This document shows positions 8,976-15,353 of a stretch of 15,353 bases of DNA, piece after piece. The notes beneath the pieces were generated by a model that was given only the letters and a program-made list of their open reading frames with translations, did not search any database and was not told the origin of the DNA. Origin of the DNA: Planctomycetota bacterium (GTDB lineage Bacteria; Planctomycetota; SZUA-567; H5-PLA8). The stretch's first letter is position 1. Every line of letters begins with the position of its first letter. The translations under genes were made by a program, and so were the position numbers. Location of the stretch: contig BTVV01000138.1 in the NCBI GenBank assembly GCA_045863855.1, positions 1-15,353 on the forward strand, given 5' to 3'.

Positions 8976-9159
8976 AACTTGGCATGGGCCACGAGGATCG
9001 CCCATGCAGTCTGCGATATTATCCCAGTCGCCAGAGGATTTACCACGGGAACCACGAGATCCAACGGCGGCTCTGCAATGAGGTGGGCAACTAAGCGCCA
9101 CGGAAGCCCAACCTCGTCTTATCGCTCAGTTTAAACGTGCCACTCCGTCACCGATTGCG

Positions 9160-9310
9160 GACCTATTGACTTACTGTGACATATATAAGGAATATTTTAA
9201 GGTGGATTATTGCACGGGAGCAGCCCAGTCCGCTTTGTTAGTATACTTATATTTCGAGAGGTATCATACAAAATCCGGTGTATAGATCAGTGGATGTCAC
9301 TGACAACAAA
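9160..9310 (+). promoter_or_regulatory. AT-rich promoter/operator region of the regulator operon
   Basis: About 38% GC over 9181-9300 by hand count. It contains an extended -10-like TGtTAGTAT (9236-9244), overlapping TATACT (9242-9247), TTGACT (9166-9171) and several GT..AC palindromes. Confidence 0.55.
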
Positions 9311-9325
9311 CTGGAACCTCAACTG

Positions 9326-10399
9326 ATGCAGGGGCGATCCATTAAAGGTAGAGAACTCTCGGCGCTGGTGACGCGCCTGCGCCAGGAATTGCGTGCAGGC
9401 CGCTACGGAACTTCTGAGTACCTCCCACCTGTCCGGCAATTGTGCGGGGATTACGGTGTCTCGTTCGAGACCGTTCGCAGGGGCCTCAAGCAACTTGAAC
9501 TTGAGGGCTTGCTAACTTCGGAAGCGCGACACGGATTTCGACTGGCGGCACAACGAGAAGATAGGCCAGTGCACCAGCCGGTAGCTTATGTAACCAGCCA
9601 CAAGTTGGACTTAAGCGATGCGCAACCGGCTAACTGGGCCATCAACCAGGCCTTGACCGTGGTCGCGGCACGGCGCGGTAAGTCACTCCTCGGCTGTCAC
9701 GTTGAAGGTTTGTCTGAGGAATCGATTCTGGCACGGTTGGCGGCGAGCCCTTGTTCGGGACTGGTGCTGGATACTTTGGATGAAAGTCTGCTTGCGTTGG
9801 TTGAGCGCTCGGGGCGGCGCCCTTTGGTCATGGTGAACAGTTGGTTCGAACAGGCCTCGATCCCAGTGGTTCTGCAAGACAACTACTTGGGCGGATTTCT
9901 GGCGGCCCGCTGGCTGGTGGATGCCGGCGCCAAGCGGGTGGGCTGGCTGGGTCCGATAGGCGCCTTCTGTCATACGCGGGAGCGCTTTGCGGGCGTCGTG
10001 GCGGGGCTGGCTTCCAAGGACGTACCCTTCCATGCGGCCGATGCCTTGGCAACCGATTCGCAGACGGTGGATGAAGCAGCGCGTGCGCTACTGGCTCGGC
10101 CCGACCGTCCCGACGGAATCGCAGTATTTACCAAAGGATCGGCTCAAGCGTTGAAGCAGGCGGCGGATGCAGCGGGACTGACGATCGGGAAGGATTTGCT
10201 CCTCGTGGGCTGGACCGTAGAGGACTGCTACGAGTCCGAGCACCGCTCGGTGTACGCAGGCGGCCCGATTCCGCCGGCGGTGGTGTGGAGTGCGCGTGAG
10301 ATGGCCGAAGCGGCCCTCGATTTGTTACATGCTCATCCAGACGGAGCACCCGCCGGTCGGCGCGTGCTGGTACGCACGCGACTTAAAATGGGAACCTAA
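9326..10399 (+). CDS. GntR-family winged-HTH + LacI-type sugar-binding domain transcriptional regulator (AraR-like architecture); start ATG 9326 or GTG 9278
   Basis: GntR HTH LPPVRQLCGDYGVSFETVRRGLKQLELEGLL....RHGF. LacI/periplasmic-binding-like sensor motifs PLVMVN, VVLQDNYLGGFLAARWLVDAGAKRVGWLG, ERFAG, RPDGI, IGKDLLLVGW. Confidence 0.88.
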   Translation: MQGRSIKGRELSALVTRLRQELRAGRYGTSEYLPPVRQLCGDYGVSFETVRRGLKQLELEGLLTSEARHGFRLAAQREDRPVHQPVAYVTSHKLDLSDAQPANWAINQALTVVAARRGKSLLGCHVEGLSEESILARLAASPCSGLVLDTLDESLLALVERSGRRPLVMVNSWFEQASIPVVLQDNYLGGFLAARWLVDAGAKRVGWLGPIGAFCHTRERFAGVVAGLASKDVPFHAADALATDSQTVDEAARALLARPDRPDGIAVFTKGSAQALKQAADAAGLTIGKDLLLVGWTVEDCYESEHRSVYAGGPIPPAVVWSAREMAEAALDLLHAHPDGAPAGRRVLVRTRLKMGT

Positions 10400-10416
10400 T
10401 TCTATCGGGAGTGACC

Positions 10417-13344
10417 ATGCGAAATGGCAGGCATTACTTGCTCCGTCTGTTTCTCGTCCTTTCTTGTACGACGTCGGTCCTCTCGGCTCAAGCATTGAGC
10501 GCAGATCGGTCGGCGGAAGCCGCGGCCATATTGAGCGCAACTCAATCGCGGGGCGGATTGGCACTGGTGCTCGGGACCTCCGATACGAGCCTGAGCCTGG
10601 CGCTTGCGCGAAGCAGTGCCCTATACGTGCAACTCTTGCAGCCGGATGTCCCAAAGGCACAGGCGTGGGGCGCCGAGTTTGCGAATTCGGAATGGCGCGA
10701 GAAGCTTGGCGTACGTAACGCCGCGTTCGATCCCGAACATTACGGCTCGACCATCTTCAATCTGATTGTAGTGGAAGATTCCGCATCTCTGGGAGCGGCC
10801 AAGCTCGCCGACCTTTACCGAATGCTGGTTCCGGATGGAGTGCTGGCCCTGCGCCAACCGCCGTCGTCCTATGCCGCCGAAACCAAAGCGCTGGGCATGG
10901 AGACCCTAACCCTCAGCGGTTTCGCCGGAGTTTATCGAAAACCGGTCAAACCCTTCGAATGGAAGCCCAGCGACAGCCTCAAATGGCGCGCGGGGATGCG
11001 TGCGCACATGGCCTTCGGCATTTGTGGTCCGACCCACGGCGCGGGCCGGTTCTATTACCGGGAAGGCCTGGAATCGGCAGGCGGCTGGCCGAACGACACT
11101 TCACAACTGGTCGCGCGCGACGCGTACAACGGCCGGGTGCTGTGGGTGAAGCAGGAAAACGTGCCTTTCTCGCAATGGCGCGCCAGTCAGTTCGCACAAG
11201 GCAATTGGTCGATGTGCGCGGACGAGACAGGGCGGCTCTTTGCGGTCACCAGCGACGGGAAACTGGTCTGCCTCGACGGAGCGACGGGCGAACCGCGCTT
11301 TGTGCTCCTGGATAAGGGCGCGACCCCAAGCTACATCACGATTTGGAAGGACCGCTACGTCTTCTACGGCGGGTCAGTCTTCTCGGCCGCGGACGGCAAG
11401 CTGCTGTGGAAGTCTTCTGGCAAGTTCACGCGATTCCACGAGGACACGCTGCTGGAGAGCGACGGGGCGGTGCTCAGAGTCCGCAAGCTCGAAGACGGCG
11501 CTGAGGTGCTGAAGGCCGACCTTTCCTGGCGCGCGGAGCGTGTCAAGAAGGGCATGGGCCTGCTGCATGTGGGCAGCCATATCCTCGTGACCGAGGGCGG
11601 GCGTTGGGAACGGCCCTACATGGTGACGGCGCTGAATCCCGCCACGGGAGAAAAGATCTGGTCGCACGAGCTAGGTGGAGTCTTTGCCCTGCCGGCGCAA
11701 GGCAAGGGCGTCGAGACCTTCGGAGGCGAGGTCAGTTACACGAAGCTGGGCGATAAGCTGCTCGTTTACACCTGCACGCCCTATTTCCACGAAAAGGGCG
11801 AGAACCAAAAGGAAGTCCACTTCACGAAGATCGACCTGGCGACCGGCAAGGCCGAGAAAGAAGACTACGGCCCCAAGGGCAAGCTCTTCGGCAGCACCTG
11901 CAACAACGGCAGCGCCAAGCTCCTGGGGGATTACCTTTTCTACTGGCACAATGTCTGGCTGAAGCTCGAGACCTTCGAACGCCGGTTCCCGTTCCTGGTA
12001 CACCCCAACTGCTTCCTGCCGTCTCCGGCGGCCTACGGAATGATTTACAATTCGCCGGGCCGCAAGGGCGGCAGTATTCAAGGCATCACCGCCATTGGGC
12101 CGACCGACATCACGTTCGACCAGGAGCCCGGCGGCAAGGTCCTGGTGCGATACGGGCAGTCGCCTGCAGGTGGCGAGCCAACCGCGCCCACGGACTGGCC
12201 GACTTTTCGAGGCACTAACGCCCGCGGGAACGCAACCGCCGCTGATCTAGGCGCCAAGCTCGAAAAGGCCTGGGACGTTCAGGTGAGCCTGGGTGGCAAG
12301 ACCCACGGGCAAATGTACGGCGAGCGCACGGGACTCACCCAGGCAACCGTAGCTTACGGTATGGCGTACGTCGCGGACATCGACGCCCAGCGTGTCGTGG
12401 CCCTTGACGTAAAAGATGGCAAACAGCGCTGGGTCCGCCACCTCGGGAGCCGGGCCGACTTCCCGCCGACACTCTATAAGGGTATTTGTCTGGTGGCCAC
12501 CAAGGACGGTTTCGTACATGCCCTGGATGCGAAGACCGGCACTCCAATCTACAAGCTGCTGATCGCCCCGCGCGAACGCTACATCGGCGGACAGGAGAAG
12601 CTCGAAAGCCTCTGGCCTACCGCGGCCGATGTAATGGTCGCGCAAGACGGTGTGGCTTGGGCCTGCGCCGGGTTCGCTTCGACCATCCATGGGGGCAACC
12701 GCGAGGTGGCTTTCCGGCCGGAGTCCGGCGAGGTGATCGAGGCGAAGGTCAACTTCGAAGAATTTTCGGACACGGGGTACCCGGGACCAAAGCACCACAC
12801 CAACCTCTACACCGAGCCTTTGGCTGGAGGCCGCCGTCTGGCTTGCCGCGCCATAGACGACATGCTGGGCTACGGTAATAGCATCTCGCGGACCAACGAA
12901 GACCGCGCGCACGAGCACTTCAGCGATCCGGGCTCAGGCGGCCGGGGCTCGCCGGGCGCCCGGGCTAGCGGACGGGTCATTGCCTTCGACGAAAAGCTGT
13001 GCATTGCGCACTTTATGACCTACGGCGGACAGTCTTGGGCGACAAAGAATCCGTTGCATCTCGTCGCCGTCGAGAATGATCCCAAGCAGCCGGTGTGGAA
13101 GTCCGAGCCCATCGAATTGGTGGCCGACGATATCCTGCTGACCCCCAAATTCGCGTTCTGCGTGGGGCATTACCGCCGCGTGGAAGGCCAGCCCGAAATC
13201 TGGATCATCGCCCGCGAAGACGGCAAAGTTGTTGGCAAGACACCCGTCAGCGGATTCCCAGCATTCTTGGGAATGTCTGCGTCAGGAAATCGGGTTTTCG
13301 TCAGCACACGAGAAGGCAAGCTGATTTGCTACGAAGCGAAGTGA
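10417..13344 (+). CDS. Large secreted PQQ-like (BamB-type repeat) beta-propeller protein with N-terminal methyltransferase-like region (~975 aa)
   Basis: Signal peptide MRNGRHYLLRLFLVLSCTTSVLSA. Many Trp-docking blade motifs (LVARDAYNGRVLW, LVCLDGATGE, ALNPATGEKIW, DWPTFRGTNARG, ALDVKDGKQRW, ALDAKTG, VFVSTREGKLICY). GGGAG RBS before the ATG at 10417. Confidence 0.85.
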   Translation: MRNGRHYLLRLFLVLSCTTSVLSAQALSADRSAEAAAILSATQSRGGLALVLGTSDTSLSLALARSSALYVQLLQPDVPKAQAWGAEFANSEWREKLGVRNAAFDPEHYGSTIFNLIVVEDSASLGAAKLADLYRMLVPDGVLALRQPPSSYAAETKALGMETLTLSGFAGVYRKPVKPFEWKPSDSLKWRAGMRAHMAFGICGPTHGAGRFYYREGLESAGGWPNDTSQLVARDAYNGRVLWVKQENVPFSQWRASQFAQGNWSMCADETGRLFAVTSDGKLVCLDGATGEPRFVLLDKGATPSYITIWKDRYVFYGGSVFSAADGKLLWKSSGKFTRFHEDTLLESDGAVLRVRKLEDGAEVLKADLSWRAERVKKGMGLLHVGSHILVTEGGRWERPYMVTALNPATGEKIWSHELGGVFALPAQGKGVETFGGEVSYTKLGDKLLVYTCTPYFHEKGENQKEVHFTKIDLATGKAEKEDYGPKGKLFGSTCNNGSAKLLGDYLFYWHNVWLKLETFERRFPFLVHPNCFLPSPAAYGMIYNSPGRKGGSIQGITAIGPTDITFDQEPGGKVLVRYGQSPAGGEPTAPTDWPTFRGTNARGNATAADLGAKLEKAWDVQVSLGGKTHGQMYGERTGLTQATVAYGMAYVADIDAQRVVALDVKDGKQRWVRHLGSRADFPPTLYKGICLVATKDGFVHALDAKTGTPIYKLLIAPRERYIGGQEKLESLWPTAADVMVAQDGVAWACAGFASTIHGGNREVAFRPESGEVIEAKVNFEEFSDTGYPGPKHHTNLYTEPLAGGRRLACRAIDDMLGYGNSISRTNEDRAHEHFSDPGSGGRGSPGARASGRVIAFDEKLCIAHFMTYGGQSWATKNPLHLVAVENDPKQPVWKSEPIELVADDILLTPKFAFCVGHYRRVEGQPEIWIIAREDGKVVGKTPVSGFPAFLGMSASGNRVFVSTREGKLICYEAK

Positions 13345-13363
13345 GCTCAAGGAGCGCACGCCC

Positions 13364-15353
13364 ATGCGAAAACGAATGGCCTTGCTGGCCGTCCTATTCA
13401 TGGCAACCGGAATGGCTCGCGCCGAAGAACTGCGATGGGTAAGGGAACCTCAATTAAGCTCGGATTCCGCAACCAAGTGTTGGCGTATCTCCTTCGAACT
13501 GAGCCGGATGGCCGATGTTGAAGTGGCTATCGTCGATCCCGCGCAAAACCAAGTCCTCCGGCACTTGGCCGCAGGCCTCCTGGGACCGGCGGCCCCCGCA
13601 CCCTTCGCGGCGAACTCGGCGGCGCAGCAACTCCTTTGGGACGGCAAGGACGATTACGGGCAGCCGATCGCAAATGCCGCGAAGCTTCTCGTTCGCGTGC
13701 GCGCAGGCATGAGTGTGGCCTTGAAGCGAATCGTAGGCGGCGATCCGTATGCCTACTATTCGAAGGAAATGGGCCAAGGCGACCATGCCGCTTGGCGCGT
13801 GACCGGGCTGGAGGCCAAACCGGACGGTAGCGTGTACGTGCTGGGCAACGCCAATAACTACGGACCGCCGGCGCTTCGCCGCTACAATGCGAAAGGCGAC
13901 TATCAGCGTACCGTCTTCCCGCCCCCCGCAGGAAAGTCTTTGGAAGCAGTACAAGGTTGGGGCGTTTACGTCCGGGAAGACGGAACGTATTCGCCGCAGT
14001 ACAACGATCTGTCTTCTCCGGCGCTGTCAAACACGCTTATTTGCGGTACTCGTGGACGGATTGCCGATCTGATTCCCTCACCCGATCCGGATTCGCTATT
14101 GCTTGAATACGAATACAAGTTGATGCAAATCCGCACGGATGGAACCATTCCCGAGAGACCGATGCTTGCCGAACCCCTTGTCGCCGAACCGGCTCTGTTT
14201 CCGCCTAAGGGAACGTCGCGTGTGGTGGGACCGTTGCAGATGGCCCTTGCGCCGGATCGAAAGCATGCGTACTTGAGTGGTGTGTTCGCGGCCACGGTCG
14301 AACGAACCAGCCGAACGGGCGCAGAGACGACAGGCGATTGGCGCGACGGACAAGTTTACATGATTGACTTGGCCACACGGAAAGCGAGCGTGTTCTTCGC
14401 GCTTCCGGAAAGCGAGGTGATCGGTGACCTCGTTAAGCGCGGGGCATCGCCGATTGCCGACTTCAAGTACGGCACTTACGCAGCCCTCCAAGGCGTGGCC
14501 GTGGACGCCGAAGGCCGAGTCTTTATCTGCGACCGGCAAAATAAGCGGGTGCTGATATTGGATTCCGACGGAAAAAAGCTCCGCGAAGTTCCAGTGGAGT
14601 ATCCCGATGCGATTGGCGTACACCCAAAATCAAAGACGCTTTACGTTACGACGAGAAAGGGCCACTTCCACGGCGCCGGATCCTTGTCGATCTTGAGGTT
14701 CGGCGATTGGAGCAAAGACGACGCGCCGGCGGCCACTATTCCGTTGTGCCCAGTGCATCACTTCGATCAAGCCACGCGTTTGGCCGTGGCCGAACAGAAT
14801 GGCGAAGTGTACGTCTGGATTGCTTACACGGCGCTGCCCGTCCGTGTGTTCAAGGACACGGGCGCCGGTCTCGACCTGGTAAAAGATTTTTACGAAGAAG
14901 GTCCGCAGCGCGCGCTGGATTTACAACACTTCGTCGTGGATCCCAAGACGGAGACGGTCTACTTCACCGACGGCTTTAACCACTGCTTCCGAGTCTCGGA
15001 TTGGAATCAGCCGAAATTCGAACGCTGTATGGTGGACGAAAAAACCGGGCTGCGAGCGCTAAGCTTGGCCGTAGATGCGCGCAATCGCTACCTGTATGCG
15101 CACGCCGACCGGCAGCCGGTAGCGCGTTACAAACTGGATGGCGCCTATCTCACCCCTGCTCCTGTGGAAGGTTCGCAAGAGAATGCGTTTACACCCAAGC
15201 TGACCAACGACTGGCGCATCGGACTGGGCATGGGCGACCGCGGCATCGCCGTCGGTCCGGATGGCAGCTTGGCCACCATGAACGCCGAAGGCACCGCCGC
15301 AGATTACGGAGGTTATCTGCGCTTCTTCAACGCCAACGAAAAGAAGGCGCCGT
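13364..15353 (+). CDS. Secreted FlgD-Ig-like + NHL/beta-propeller repeat protein (>663 aa, 3' truncated)
   Basis: Manually translated frame is open from ATG 13364 to the window end, with an AAGGAG RBS at 13349-13354. Signal peptide MRKRMALLAVLFMATGMARA|EE, then ISFEL...DVEVAIVD...VLRHLAAG...LLWDGKDDYG (FlgD-Ig-like), and NHL-like GVAVDAEGRVFICDRQNKRVLILDSDGK and GIAVGPDGS. Confidence 0.85.
   Translation, partial: MRKRMALLAVLFMATGMARAEELRWVREPQLSSDSATKCWRISFELSRMADVEVAIVDPAQNQVLRHLAAGLLGPAAPAPFAANSAAQQLLWDGKDDYGQPIANAAKLLVRVRAGMSVALKRIVGGDPYAYYSKEMGQGDHAAWRVTGLEAKPDGSVYVLGNANNYGPPALRRYNAKGDYQRTVFPPPAGKSLEAVQGWGVYVREDGTYSPQYNDLSSPALSNTLICGTRGRIADLIPSPDPDSLLLEYEYKLMQIRTDGTIPERPMLAEPLVAEPALFPPKGTSRVVGPLQMALAPDRKHAYLSGVFAATVERTSRTGAETTGDWRDGQVYMIDLATRKASVFFALPESEVIGDLVKRGASPIADFKYGTYAALQGVAVDAEGRVFICDRQNKRVLILDSDGKKLREVPVEYPDAIGVHPKSKTLYVTTRKGHFHGAGSLSILRFGDWSKDDAPAATIPLCPVHHFDQATRLAVAEQNGEVYVWIAYTALPVRVFKDTGAGLDLVKDFYEEGPQRALDLQHFVVDPKTETVYFTDGFNHCFRVSDWNQPKFERCMVDEKTGLRALSLAVDARNRYLYAHADRQPVARYKLDGAYLTPAPVEGSQENAFTPKLTNDWRIGLGMGDRGIAVGPDGSLATMNAEGTAADYGGYLRFFNANEKKAP

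Noticed and set aside
8989..9105. Recurring CCACG pentamers in the intergenic region
   Set aside because: Too short and irregularly spaced to support a repeat array, CRISPR or iteron set in GC-rich DNA.
9073..9120. Superficial resemblance to a fluoride (crcB) riboswitch (GCAATGAGGT...ACCTC)
   Set aside because: It lacks the conserved UGAUG segment and UAC tail, P1 pairs poorly, and the downstream gene is not fluoride-related.
10417..13344. Annotation as BamB, PQQ-dependent dehydrogenase or Ser/Thr kinase
   Set aside because: It shares only generic blade repeats. It is far larger than BamB, and no kinase motifs or dehydrogenase vicinal disulfide were seen.

Overview
High-GC bacterial chromosomal window, probably Planctomycetota/PVC. 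This is inferred from the unusual EF-Tu switch-I sequence and the planctomycete-style secreted propeller proteins. The left part (minus strand) is a housekeeping cluster: tRNA-Thr(GGT), tuf, tRNA-Trp(CCA), secE and nusG (truncated by the window edge), with a sigma70-like promoter, no rpmG, and a strongly structured ~190-nt leader before secE. The middle (minus strand) holds cstA, a secreted hypothetical protein, ppk2 (with a promoter and a perfect interrupted palindrome), a right-handed beta-helix protein, a PGPGW-family membrane protein and tRNA-Ser(TGA). The right part (plus strand, divergent, after an AT-rich regulatory region) is a tightly packed putative operon. It encodes a GntR-HTH/LacI-sensor (AraR-type) regulator, a ~975-aa secreted PQQ-like beta-propeller protein with a degenerate methyltransferase-like N-terminus, and a >663-aa secreted FlgD-Ig-like + NHL-repeat protein that runs off the window and is missing from the ORF track. 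No mobile element, CRISPR array or att duplication was seen. The best candidates for new biology are the regulator/propeller locus and the structured secE leader.
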